Part shown: positions 21,593-34,624 of the stretch, in pieces
How positions within the stretch are numbered: the stretch's first letter is position 1
How the letters are laid out: every line of letters starts with the position of its first letter
Assembly: GCF_018977255.1 (NCBI RefSeq)
Contig: NW_024704743.1
Location: forward strand, 52,206,001-52,270,000
Length of the DNA stretch: 64,000 nt
DNA from: Callorhinchus milii
Taxonomy: Eukaryota
Direction of reading: 5' to 3'
Made by a program: the position numbers and the translations under genes
The notes under the pieces: model-generated
What the model saw: the letters and a program-made list of their open reading frames with translations, nothing else
What the model was told of the DNA's origin: nothing
Databases searched by the model: none

Positions 21593-24500
21593 CAACTGTC
21601 TGTTCCGTGGATCATCCTCCATGCTCACAGCTTAGAATAGTAACATCAAATTCAAAGGATCTAAGTTTCCTTGATTTCTTTTTTAAGCGTTCCTCATCCC
21701 TCCGCCCTGCCTCGATCCCTCCTACTTTCTCCTTCCTTGCCATCGTCAGATCGCATTTGAAGATCATCCACTTTGACTGTGCCTACGATCACTTCCTCTC
21801 TCGCCCCAGTTCGGCGTCATGCTCCACTATTGTTAAGCGATCTGCGATGCTACCAGCATGAAGGGCGCTATATAATTACAAGTTCTTGTTGTTGCCACTA
21901 CTTGTTTTTTCTATTGTTGATGAAGATTTTTTACGTAAAGTCATAAAACACAAGACTAGAAAATGTATTAGTGTATGTAATATAGTAATATTGTATCTTG
22001 CTAAAATCAGCAAAACCCTTCAATCATTAGTTGAATTTCAGTTTATTGATAGTGTGAGATAAGCTTTTATTTCAGGCCTTTTTATGTGTGGTATACTTCC
22101 TACTATTATGTTATTGATGTACTCACCATGTAACATATATTTTGTACTGGTGTTTTTCACTAAGAATTTGTACAAAATCATGTCTTAAGTCTTTCTTGCA
22201 GTTCCGCTTTTGTGCCAATGCCAACTGTGGCTAGACCCAACAACCTTTTTAAACAGGCATGAAATGAAATTTATTTACATAATGCAATGATCCATGAAGG
22301 TTACCATAACATCAAAGGACAATATTAACCGCTTGAATGAAATTCATTAGAAATTAACTACCACTTAAATTAATTTTCCCACACTCATGACTCAGTAATG
22401 GTGGGAAAAGGGGCCGTTCATCTGCACATTCTGACAGGCAAGCTGTCATTAGCTTTATTTATCGGTGACTACATTAACCCATGGATCAGTCTTCCTGTAC
22501 TATATACCGAGTCTTCCCAGACACTGCAATACAAAATCCTCAAAATTTCCGATTAACACACAATCTAATTTTAGGCATGTTTAAAAAGCACAATGCAAAT
22601 ATAAAATATAAAATCAAGTTTAAGTGAAAATGTTCATGCTTTATGTTTCTGAGATTAGTGATAACTTACAATGAAGCTACTTTGATTTTAATGCATGCAA
22701 CAGTGAAATGTGGATTAGTTCAAGTTCTTTGGAAAGAGGAAAACAATTCAATCTTTTTCAATGAATCTAGTTAAAATTGTTTCCTGAAAAAAGTTTTGTT
22801 TCTCCCCCATCCCATAGTGTAACAAATTGTCTTACCGAAATGAAGGAATACTATTGAAATTTGCATGATGTCTGCCATAGTTACAGTTTTATATCAAAAC
22901 TATTAACAGTGTTTATTCATAAAAGACTATTAAAAGTGTACTGGGCAATGGTCCTCCTTAATTTCCTTTGTTAGTTTCACAGCCATTTAAATATAATCTG
23001 TAAGACATCAAATTTAATACATATTTAAGTTCTCAGTATATATTTATAAATGTAGCTCTAATTATGCACTAAAATGTTCATCATTGTCCAGACATTGTGA
23101 GCATATAAGAAATTAATTACATGCAAGCATGCAACAACAACAACTTACATTTATATTGTGCCTTTCACCCAGAGTAGTGTCCCAGAGTGCAAGATGCATG
23201 TGTACGCAAATGGAAACTTACCGTGATGCAGTATTATGTTTGGAAACACATTATTCAGTTACTAAACTACAAATTTTCAGTTTATATCACAAGCAGAAGG
23301 CTGGTATATAGGAGGTCAGGCAATGTTCAGTGTAGTTTTCTGCCTTGTCCCTAAAGCTGTGGGTGGCATCTGAACTACAGATTAGAGGGGGTTAGTGGGG
23401 GGCTGCATATAGTGGGAAGGGGGATTAACTGGAAAATTTAAATACATTTTTTAAAAAATTAAACATAAGCAAGTTTCATGTTTATATAGGAGTGATGTCC
23501 CACCTCAGAGGAGGTAAAACTTTAACTGTTTTGATAGAGTCTGAGAAATATGAATTGGTGTATGATTTGTGGAACATCAAGCAAAAACTGTGGCCAGCAT
23601 AATGGCTTAGATATTTTAGCATTGCTTTCCACACTAGGAGCATTTAAGTGGGTGTTGAATAAATTGAGGAAGAAATACTGGAGAAAATGGGGAAACCTAT
23701 AAAATCAAATTGCCTGAAAAAGTATGTAGAATAGTTAACAAAGATAAATGCGCCTTTTCAAAAATGGATTGTAATTTGCACATCCCTGACAATCCAGCGC
23801 CTGGGGAGGTCATCCCAATGTGAAAGGCGCTATACAAATGTAATAGTGTATTGTATTTATCAGTTTGGAAAAATATTGTTGGTGACCGATCAAGTGTCTT
23901 TTAACAAATTTACAACCAAACAGGGCAATACAAACTTATTATTTTAGGTCCTCCATTGTGATTAAAAGTTTAAAAATGAGAATACAATTAAAATCTGAAC
24001 TACATGGAGTTAAATTGTTATCCTAAAATGTTAATACGGTATTAAACAAGTTTAGTTTAAAAAAGTGACCCCAAGTGAGTGATTTTTTTGTCCTTTGAGG
24101 ACAAATAACAAATATGTTTTTGATAAGTTTGACATTACCGTTTTTCTTTTTAGCCTACGGCTGCTTGGCATTTCCGACTTTGAAAAGTGCGGACAAAAGA
24201 AAACAGTTTCACATTAAGAAAGAACATTGTATGGGTTAATCATAACCATGCAGATATCACAAGGCTGCCAGTAAAGAAATAGACTGTGAAAGCCAAGGGA
24301 ACAGCATAGTTTATTGTCAGTGAACTACAGGGAACGTACACCTCCTCTGCATGCAGTAAAGTATTTCAAGCATGTGCTTCCCATTAATTATTTACAAGCA
24401 TTTGCAAGTTTTTACTTTTGAAGAAAATAATCAACTGTGTTTAAATATTTAAATTGTAAAAAATTAATTCAAACATTTCTAGAAATTGGAAATGCATTAA

Positions 24501-25067
24501 TCCCTCCACGTTTTTCAGTTTTCTTTTTACAAATTCAAATGTAGTGGTGAGAAATATAACTGAACTAATAAATGCAGTTTACGTTGTTAAGTAAAAAAAA
24601 ATCAGACTCAACAGCTGCCCTCACATGTAGTCTCATATAATACTAATACTGTATTTTGTATCCCAATGTTCATGTCATGTTTCAGTACATATGACTGTGG
24701 AATGTAATGGAAAACGTAATAAATTGAAATGTTTTCCTTAATTCAATAAATTCAAGATACAATGGGGAAGACAGAAGAAATGACAGCAGGCATGACTAAA
24801 AGCTAATGAAGCTACTGAGCTCACCCAATCTTTAAGATCATATTCACCATCTACACAAGTCATTGTTCATTTCTCTTTCTCCTTGTGCCAAACCTGTATA
24901 CGTCTCTGACCTGGTAAATCGGGAAACTGTATATTTCCTTTTTGAATATTCATTGCTCTGGGCACACTCTATTTCATGTATAAATGTTGTTTTGTTAATT
25001 GATATATTTTTCTACCTCATAGCCTTCATTAGATCTGTTGATGAACCACATTATACCCCAGACAAGT

Positions 25068-26110
25068 ATGTCAGTCTTGTGAAATAGTAGCATTCTCACC
25101 TCTGAGTCAGAAGATTGTGGGTTCAAGCCCCGTGTTAGGATTTGAAATCACGTAGTCTAACCTGACATTTCAAATTCAGTGCTAGGAATGTGTTGCATTG
25201 GTGGAGGTGCTGTCCTTCAAATGAGACATTAAACCAAAGTCTAGTCTTCCTGTCCAGATCCCATAGCACTATTTGAAAAGAGAAGGGAGTTTCTCCCGGT
25301 GTTCGAGCCAACATTCCCGAAATAAAATTGGTCACTCATTCCATGGCTGTTTATGGAACATTTCTGTGCGAAAATTGGCTGCTATGTTAAGCCCACACAA
25401 AAAAAATCATTCAAACCAGATCGCAGTATATTCTGTAAATCACTATGAGATATCTCGATGATTTAATAAAGTGCTGTATCAAATGCAAGGATTATTATTA
25501 TATAGTAGTCTAATCCTAGCATTTGATATAGCACTTTTCTTGTCAGCAAGACATCTCAAAATGCTTCACAGGATTTAATATCTTCCCGACGTGAAAGGCG
25601 CTATACAAATGTAATCTTGTTGTTGTTGTAATGTAATTGAAGTGACTGTATTTTGTAGCTGAATGTGGAAGCCAATTTTCACACAGTAATGTCCGACTAA
25701 CATCCATGAAGTGAATGATCAATTTTATCTATGGTATGATCAACCCTAATGCAGTGCTATGGACGTGCTACTTTGGAGGTGCCATCCTTCAGATGAGACA
25801 TTAAACCGAGGTCCTGTCTTCCTGTTAAGGTAGACATAAAAGATTCTGTGGCACTGTGTGAAAAGAGAAGGGAGCTTCTCATGGTGTCCTAGCCAACAAT
25901 CCACCAAATATATTGGTCATTTACTTCATGACTGTCGGTGGACATCGCTGGGTGCAAATTGGCCGCTGCATTCATCTACAAAAACACACATTCGCTACGC
26001 TTTGTAGTATATGCTGTGAAGTGCTTTGCGATGTCTTGATGCCTATATTTGATATAGGCGCTATCTCAAATGCAAGGATTATTAATAATATAAATATTAT
26101 TAATAATAAT
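25068..26110. mobile_element. Cluster: full Deu-SINE (25068-25502 +), antisense SINE fragments and L2 tail (25505-25735), Deu-SINE (25745-26110 +)
   Basis: Repeated Deu core and TCAAATGCAAGGATTATT tails. Confidence 0.85.
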
Positions 26111-26639
26111 AAACAACCTGCTCTCAGGCCTTTCTGCTGCTATTCTGCTACTGGCTGCCTGGAAATGCAAGGTAACTAATTTGCTGTATTTTTTAACAGA
26201 ATTCCTTAATAAGGAATCAGAGTCATGTAAAGGAGATTCCTTCCAGTGAATAATAGTTTATCAAATCAATACACAAGAATCCAAATCTACCTCCAGAGTG
26301 GAGTTCCTCTGCAGGATATCTAAAGGGATTCCTTATCAAGGAATCACGTTAGGAAATACCGCAAACTAGACCCCAATATCAATCTAGCCAAACCCATGAG
26401 TAATACAAGGTTAAAATAATTTATTTGATCTTTTAAGTACAATTTTAATCTGGCTAATAATCCAACTGTTTCTCTTGTCATTTTGTATGATGTTGTTCTA
26501 AAGCAGAATCTAGAATAAAGTATCTTGTTTGATGCCATATCAACATTTCACACTTATAAGAATTACCCTTGGAAAGTGATCAAGGAGATGTTTAATCATT
26601 TAAAGATACATTTAAGAAGCCCCATTAATTTTTCACAAT

Positions 26640-26990
26640 TATTTTGCCCTCTCCGATTCTCACCCCTCCTTCCCTGACTCATGTTGGGGCACCATTTGAT
26701 GGTTGGTGTCTGCCATATATTATCCAAGTGTCCATTCTTCCTTTATGAATCTGCGCATCAGGAGATCAGGAGTTGGCAAGCTATTTAATGTGAAGGGAGT
26801 TACAGCCAAGATTGATCTTGTCACTTCCCAACATCTATACAAGCGTACTTTGAGATCAGGGGTCATTGACTAGCAATCAAACCCTGCTTGATTTTTCCCT
26901 TCCCCATCCTAGGGACACTGAACGCAATTATAATGCCTGTTTATTGCCGTACCTGAGATTGGTTAATTCATGGATGGAACCAGTCAGAGT
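26640..26990 (-). mobile_element. Old interspersed repeat (probably SINE); related fragments at ~3640-3935 (+) and ~55410-55506 (+)
   Basis: Shared degenerate motifs GGC(A)CTACAATTGG, GGGGAAAA and GA(C/T)CCCTG across three loci; family not named. Confidence 0.45.
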
Positions 26991-28461
26991 TTTTCTGATG
27001 TGTGTATCTCAGTTCTTCATTGACCACTAGCTTTACTAGACAAGCAATGAGAAACCTCTACAACAAGCAAAACAAAATCTTTTGGATCACTCTTGTAGCT
27101 TGGAAAGCTTTTAATGCATTTTTTGAATGTGGTAAACTCATTCTGTGGTAAACTGGTTCACATAGATAATATAATGTAGAATAATCAAATCAGTACATTC
27201 TTTCAATGACCTAGCAGTGTTTACTAAAACATACAAAAGGCAGTCCTGAAACTCAAATGGCTGAGCGCTTAATGTTCAACCAGAAGGTTGTGAGTTCAGA
27301 TCCAAGGATTGCCTATTATTTTAATAAGCTTATCTTGGTTGAGTGAATTTCAGCAGCTCAGAGCCAGGCCTTTCAGTGAAGCATAGTGTGGATACGAGTG
27401 GTATGCTCATCCTGGGAAGAAAAACAATGGACATTATCCAGCTTGCCTTGTTTGTATTGCAACTCTTGCCCACAAGTCACCCAGGGACAGTGATAGTGGT
27501 TGCAGCAAATTATGTGGCCCAGAGAACACGTCATCCTTCCTGAAAGTGGATGAAAAATGCTCAGCAAATTATGTTGTAAAAATTCATACAATTTGACCAG
27601 TTCCTTGTGTTCATTAGCACATGTTTGTTTTTCTCTGTTTTTTGCCTCCTCTAGGAGGGGACTGAGTGACCTGCACCATGTGTAGGCATATGGTGTGAGG
27701 GAGGACACTTAGGGTTTCTCCCAGGAATGAGCATGATGTCCTTGGGCCTTTTTTTGCTTCTTCCCATTCGAAGGAATGGGTTAAAAAACACTGCAAGTTT
27801 TACCTCAATATTTTTCCTTGCACTAATATAACAGTTAAAATAGTGTATTCATATAATTATTAATGTAATATGCTCCATGGCTGCGCTCAAATTAGCTGCT
27901 GCATTTGCCCACAAAACACACACATCACTTTACAATATATCCTGTGAAGTGCTTTGAGACATCTCAACAACATAATAAGGCACTATATCAAATGAAGAAT
28001 TGTTATTATTATTATTGTTAGAATATTTAGTGTTTTAGATTCCCCTTTTCTTTTGCAAGGTATTTAGTCCATGCATCAGTTTTATATTTGTAGATGAACG
28101 GTAATTGGATTTCAGCAATGAATTTCCTCTGGTAAACTCAAAAGACTACTTCACCAAACCACAAGCGTTATTTGCTGCGCAAGAATAAGATAGAGAAAAG
28201 GCCTTTCCAAATGAAATCCATTTTCTGGATTTGTTTCCAATAAGACCATTCTGTTCCCATCCAGGCCCATCATCGTTAGCCCTCCTAAAAAGAGATGTGA
28301 TTTTTTAAAATATCCCACGGTACAGATTTTTCTTCATCCTTTCTAATTTTAGAGAATTCCTTTGAAGATCAAGCTGTTCCTGTCGCAGACATGCCTATCC
28401 ATTAGTCACAGTAATATGTGTGATGAACTTACACGCTTTTGTTTTAAGTGCCAAGTATGTA

Positions 28462-29270
28462 TTTGCCAGCTGTCCAATAAATAAAGGAGTCTGCATATGT
28501 GTGAGTTGGACACAGAAAATATGGAGCTAAACTTGCAGTATTCGATTCCTTAATTATCACCGACAATTGTGTTTTTTGGAACTAATTTATGAGTTGCATT
28601 AATCTTAATTAAATAAGAATTAAGATTAAATAGTGCCATCAAGAAGCAGAAAGTTATGCTAAATAGAAAAAGTCCCATCAAGAAGCAATGCCTATCTGAG
28701 TTCTGGATCCTTCTGGATCCCTATTGTTCACATTATTCATAAATGATTTGTTGCATAGTATTGTCATGTTCTAACGTTTGTTAATGATGCCAAGCAATAT
28801 TTGGCCAGGTAAATAATATGAGTTTAAATAGCATTTAAGTAGATCTAGAGCTATTAAGCAGATGGGCAAAGGATTGGGATATGTATATCAGTGTAAGTAA
28901 ATGAAATGTAGCATATATTGGAATAGTAAACAGTAAATATATACACAGGTAAGGAAAATTATTTGGATATGATTACTGACTACTGATATTTACTGAACAT
29001 ATCCAGTCAATCTGAAGCTGCTGTCAATAAAAGTAAACAAATACTACATTACATCTCAAAGACATTTGACAATAATTCGAACAAAATTAAAACAATAACT
29101 TGCATTTATACATGCAATTAATATATTAATTCAAAAAACACAATCGTTGATGATAATTAAGGGATGGAATCAGATTAGCAATACTGCAAGTTTAGCTCCA
29201 TATTTTTCCGTGTCCAATTCACAAACATGCAAACATGTCTCCTTTATTTATTGGACAGCTGGCAAACCCT
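28462..29270. mobile_element. Non-autonomous DNA transposon (hAT-like MITE) with ~140-150 bp inverted arms enclosing a decayed CR1 RT fragment
   Basis: 28462-28599 is the reverse complement of 29112-29266 (TTTGCCAGCTGTCCAATAAATAAAGGAG...TATGGAGCTAAACTTGCAGTATT...TTAATTATCA...ATTGTGTTTTTTG). Confidence 0.75.
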
Positions 29271-29413
29271 TCATACAGCATTGTGTCTCGGAGCGCTTAA
29301 AAGAAAGAAATTGCATTATTAGAGCACTTTATAATAATAATCCTTGCATTTGATATAGCACCTTATCATGTCGATGAGATGTCACAAAGCGCTTCTCAAG
29401 TGCTGAGTCCAGT

Positions 29414-29848
29414 GTGTCAGTCCGTCTTAATTAGAGGCATTCTCGCCTCCAAAAGAGAAGGTTGTGGATTCAAGCCTCATGTTGGGAATGGGAACTCATA
29501 TAGTATAAGCTGACACTCTAACACAGTGCTGGGGATGTGCTACATTGTTGGATGTGATGTCATTTGAATGAGACATTAAACCGAGGTCCCTGTTCAGATA
29601 GATGTTAAAGATCCCACAGCACTATTCTAAAAGAGAAGGGAGTTTCTCCCATTGTCCTGGACAATAATCCCCCAAATAAAATTGGTCACTCACTTCATGG
29701 CTATTTGTGGGCCATTCCAATGTGCAAATTCGCTGCTGCATTTGCCCTAAAAAAATACAGTCACTACACTTTACAGTATAACATGTGAAGTGCTTTGAGA
29801 CATCCTCCTGATGTGAAAGGTGTTATACCAAATGCAAAGATTATTATC
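29414..29848 (+). mobile_element. Deu-domain SINE, full length
   Basis: Head, Deu core and tail are all alignable to the 25068 copy. Confidence 0.88.
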
Positions 29849-29939
29849 GTGTTGAAGATATTCACAATTTAATAATTACTGCTATGTGTAACAACTGTTT
29901 ATCTAAATTCTAACCAAACCCAATGGTCATTTTTCATAG

Positions 29940-30200
29940 GGCATTATTTGATTAACAGCCAGGAGGTGAATGATCAATTTATTGGGTGGAAGATTCGCCA
30001 CAACACTGGGAGAAACTCCCTCTTTTTTTGAATAGTATCATGGGAATAATTAACATCCTTTAAAACAGCAGGTGGAAAGGAACTTAGTTTAATGACTCGT
30101 CAGAAAGAAGGCAGTTCTGACAACACAACGCATTGCAACATGTGACTTGAACCCACACCTTTCTGACCCAGTGGCAACAGCGCCGTCAGCAAGTCAGGCT
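29940..30200 (-). mobile_element. Degenerate Deu-domain SINE
   Basis: Reverse-complement core (GAGAAACTCCCTCTTTTTTGAATAGT) and head. Confidence 0.65.
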
Positions 30201-30537
30201 AACATTTGTTTACTTTAGTTCAATAATGAAGCCACATTTAAAATGCTCTACAGATTTTAACATCCCGACTTCAAAAGGACTTATGACGTGATGAAAGCAG
30301 GCAATGAAAACTGACATTAACCATAAGAGCAGAACTTTACCATAAATGCAAGGATTATTATAACTGGAAGATGTAAGTTTAGAATAAAAACAAGGCTAGC
30401 ATGAGATTTTAAGAGATAATATTTTTCAAAGTAGATTAGTTTATCTAGTGTAGATATGGATTGTATTAACCACGGTCATCATAAGGATGTATGAATGCAG
30501 AATCTTCCCTCAGGAAATAGACTAGGTGGGTGGAGTC

Positions 30538-31410
30538 AACAACAACAGCAACAACACGATTTCATTTATAGAGCGCCTTTCACGTCGGGAGGACGTCCCA
30601 AGGCGCTGGACAGTTGGGTCAGGACCCGAGCAGAGGGGAAATGGTCAGGGTGAGGGGAGGGAAGGGAGGGAGTGAGGAGGGGGTAGAGAGTCGAGAGGGG
30701 AGCTGAAGGCACGGTCGAAGAGAAAGGTCTTGAGACCGGCCTTGAAGGAGGAAAGGGAGGAGGCGGCGAAGGCACTGGGGGATAGAGTTCCAGAGCCTCG
30801 GGGCTGAGAGGCTGAAGGCCCGGCCACCGATGGTAGGGCGGTTGGGGCGGGGGATGTGGAGCAGACCAGAGCCAGAGGAACGGAGGGTACGGGCGGGTAG
30901 GTAGGGGGATAGTAGGTCGGAGAAGTAGGAGGGACCGAGGCCGTGAATGGCCTTGTAGGTGAGGATGAGGATCTTGAATTCGATCCTCTGGGGGATGGGG
31001 AGCCAGTGGAGGCGAGCGAGGGTGGGAGTGATGTGGTTGCGAAGCCTGGTGCGGGACAGTACACGAGCTGCAGAGTTCTGAATGACCTGCAGCTTGTGGA
31101 GGGAGGTGCCGGGAAGGCCGGCGAGGAGAGAGTTCCCATAGTCCAGCCTTGAGGTGATAAAGGCGTGGACCAGAGTTTCAGCAGCGTGAGGGGTGAGGTA
31201 GTGCCGTAGTCTGGCGATATTTCGGAGGTGATGGAAGGCGGTGCCAGTTGTGTCGCGGATATGAGGAAGAAAGGACAGCTCAGGGTCGAACAGAACCCCG
31301 AGGTTCCTGACGGCTTTGAGAGGTGGAGAGTGCAGCCTTGGATGCTGATGCTGTCAGCGCCTGAGGTGCGGAGGCACTGACGTGAGCCAATCAGGAGGGC
31401 CTCAGTTTTA
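30538..31410 (-). mobile_element. L2 LINE 3' fragment, young
   Basis: KTEALLIGSRQ... RT C-terminus, CpGs retained, perfect 3' stem-loop and (TTG)n tail. Confidence 0.95.
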
Positions 31411-31459
31411 GCACTCAGCACAACTATTACTTTCGTATTCAAGAGAAGTGGTGAGCAAG

Positions 31460-31790
31460 ATTCAAATAACCAAGTCAGATTAGTGAGCCAGTGGGTAGCT
31501 TCAGTAATGGCTTGGGAGTAAATCTGAGATGTCTTTGGCAAACAACCAAAGTGGGCACTGATTTACAATGTGGTCCACAGTTTGTGACTGTCACATTATG
31601 TGTTGTCTCTCACTTTCCAGAGGTGTAAGAAATGACCACATCTGCCATGCCATGCTCTGATACGGTTCAATGCATTGGTTCTGGATAGGTTTATGCCTGG
31701 AAGTTCTTTTTTTTGGGGGGGGCAGCAATCAGGTGTTTGGGACATTAGCATTATCCCAGAACCCTTTCTAGTTTACCTTAGGTTTGAACA
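31460..31790 (-). mobile_element. Ancient LINE 3' end with a CCHC-type zinc-finger remnant (Ingi/Vingi-like)
   Basis: Minus translation KELPGINLSRTNALNRIRAWHGRCGHFLHLWKVRDNT*CD../QTVDHIVNQCP../..AITEATHWLTNL; second copy at 44630-45110. Confidence 0.65.
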
Positions 31791-32019
31791 AGGAATGTAA
31801 TGACAACCTTCACATGGTCACCTGTTATATGTAATTGATTAACACAACTTATGTTGTCAAAAGGCAACCTGCCATTGATTTGTCGATCTCGCAGGATGCT
31901 TAGCAATGTGGTGTCAGTGATGGAGTCTTTTTGCTGTTTACAGTAGGAGAGGACTTGATGTCCCAAATGCTCCCGTGCTTCCTTCCCTATGTTCTTAGCA
32001 TTTAAAAATAAATAATTAT

Positions 32020-32440
32020 TCCATTTGATACAAGTTCTTCACAGGACTTTACTGCAAAATGTAGTTTCTGTATACTTTGTAGGGAACACATCCGGCAATT
32101 TGCACACAGCTACATCCTACAAAGGAGCATGAAATGAATGATCAATTTTAATTGGGGGAATTGTTGGCTAGGACAACAGACCAACAGGACACCCTGCCCA
32201 CCTCTCCTGAATAGTGCCATGGGATCTTTAACATTCACCTGAACATGCAGGCAGGGCTACAGTTTAATTCGTTGGAAGGTTGACAATTCCAACAATGTCG
32301 CCTACTTCCATCACTGCAAATTCATTCTAGACTGTGTGAATTCAACACTTTAGCATTGTCAGACTGTGTGAATTCAAAGTCCCAACTTCGAGTTTGAGCC
32401 CAGAATCTTTTGATTTGGATGCAATTGCTAGCAATTCACA
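32020..32440 (-). mobile_element. Degenerate Deu-domain SINE
   Basis: GAATAGTGCCATGGGATCTTTAACATTCACCTGAAC reverse core. Confidence 0.75.
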
Positions 32441-33704
32441 CCTCAGTCATGACACTTTTATTGTAATAAGACATGACTGAACAAGTATATTATTAAACAT
32501 CTCTAAATAAATTACAAAGCTCAACATCTGCCTCCATCACAATCATTTTTGAACTGGTATTTTAGCATTACCACGTGTAATGTTACCACAGTTGTTGTTC
32601 CTCTAAATATCCCTTTTTTGTTACTCCTAAGCTCCAAATGTGGTTTCTTCCATGATTTATTCTTTTCTTCTTCCAGCAATCTACAGGCTTTTAAAACTTA
32701 GTGATTAAATATAGGGCATTATCCAACCATTGCTATTTGAACTATTAGTGGTTTGGCATTCACAAAGGGTTTTTAATAAAAGGATAACTTGCACTAGATT
32801 ACTATTTTCCCTCAAAAAAAATAGTTTGGTCACTGTTTGTGGAACACTCCTGTGCGCAATTGACTGCTGTGTTTCGCCCACAATTATACAGTGAATTCAC
32901 TGTACAGTATATTCTGTGAAGCACTTTGAGATGCCTAGGAGATATGAAAAGCACTATTTCAAATACAAGGATCATTATATCATTATTATGTGTTTTTTAA
33001 ATGTTGTGATTTAATCATAAAGTACTTATCTTTACAAGGAAAACACAAGCTGTAGTAGTATCACTGCTTAAATGCTATATTTTCAATATCATACTGTTTG
33101 ATGAAATGCCTTGCTCTTCAAAAATGCAAGCAGCTGTGAAACGACTCATGCACTTTTTGAATGTAAGAATGGTAAATTAAATTTTTAAAATTTAAATTTT
33201 TAATTGGATTTGATTTTTCCTCACAGAAGTAAAAACTTCTACTGTTCTTATAAGTAATTAATTTACATGCAAATTCTGCGACAGTGCAGTAAATACTTGA
33301 GACATTTTTGATCCCATCCATTTCCTCATAATCAGTCTGCGCATAAATATTGTAAATCCTGTAATTAACCACCACTCTTAATCCTTTCTGATGGATAAAA
33401 TGATTTGTAACCTATTCACTGATATATTACAAGCTGTATTCAGGCTTGAACACTATTCTCTCTAGTTATAACCAGTGTGGCTAATTCTGAAACTAATCTA
33501 TGATCACTTCATGTTTGCTATTCATGTCACATTAAATGGGGTTATTTGTACTGTGCCCTGGTTCGCAAACTTTTCTTTATTGTCTTTGTTCTTTCGAAAT
33601 AATGTTCTCTTGTACTCCAGCAATTGGATAAATACTGCAAATAATAAATCAAACCGAGTTCCAAAACATCCTGTGTGAGACTTCTAAACATGGATTCAAA
33701 GTCT

Positions 33705-33962
33705 ATAGGAATGTAGGAAAACAGGAACTAGTGAAGCCATTTAGTCCATTGAGCCTGTTTTTACCAGTTTATCAGTTCTTGGCAGATCTTTAACTCCTGC
33801 CTTTGTATCATATCCCTTCAATACCCCAACTACTGAGTATTTGTCTGTATAGTATCTCTTTTAAACATCCCTATCGATTCAACCACAACAGCTTTCTGGG
33901 GTACAGAATTCATTCCATACCTTCACAACCCTCTGTGTGCAGAAATGTTTCCTGACCTCAGT
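33705..33962 (-). mobile_element. Degenerate CR1 3' fragment
   Basis: Similar to 4710-4970. Confidence 0.65.
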
Positions 33963-34624
33963 TGGAGCTGTTTGTTCTATTTTTTCATAGGGCAAAGCTT
34001 CAAAAATAATGACAGAAAATGTAGTAAACACCTCTTGTTAATTTTTCTAAACTCTTATTACACGACTAGTAGGGTGCCTTTAAAATTAAATTGAGGTTTC
34101 CAAATTAAGTTTCACTTCAAAACCCTTTAAAAAAATAATTTGATGTTATAGTTGAAATTTATGTACAGTATAATTATAGTGCGACAAGCTGCGTTAATAG
34201 ATATTGTTTACCGCAGTTAAAACAATGTGATTAGCTGGTCCAGTAAAACTGTTCAGTCATTTCATTTTAGCTGCAGAAGTTGCAGCTAATTATAACCTGG
34301 AGTTTTGATATACATGTAAACAATTTAGGACTGAGTACAAATGGGTGAGAGTAATTGTGAACATATGACTGGCTGAAAAGCCCTGTTCCATTGTAAATGT
34401 ATATACATATGGCTAAGCAGCAGAGATCCTTTGCTATAGGTTAACACTGTATATCCAATCCTGTGGCAGCCAGAAGAGTAAAAGGATTTATGAATTAAGA
34501 ACATGGTAAAACAGGAACAGGAGGAGGCCATTCAGACCATCAGGCCTGTTGCACGATTTATCAGATTTGGGCAGATTTTTAATCTGTCCCACCCTTTTGC
34601 CATACCCGTTAATACCCTACTACT

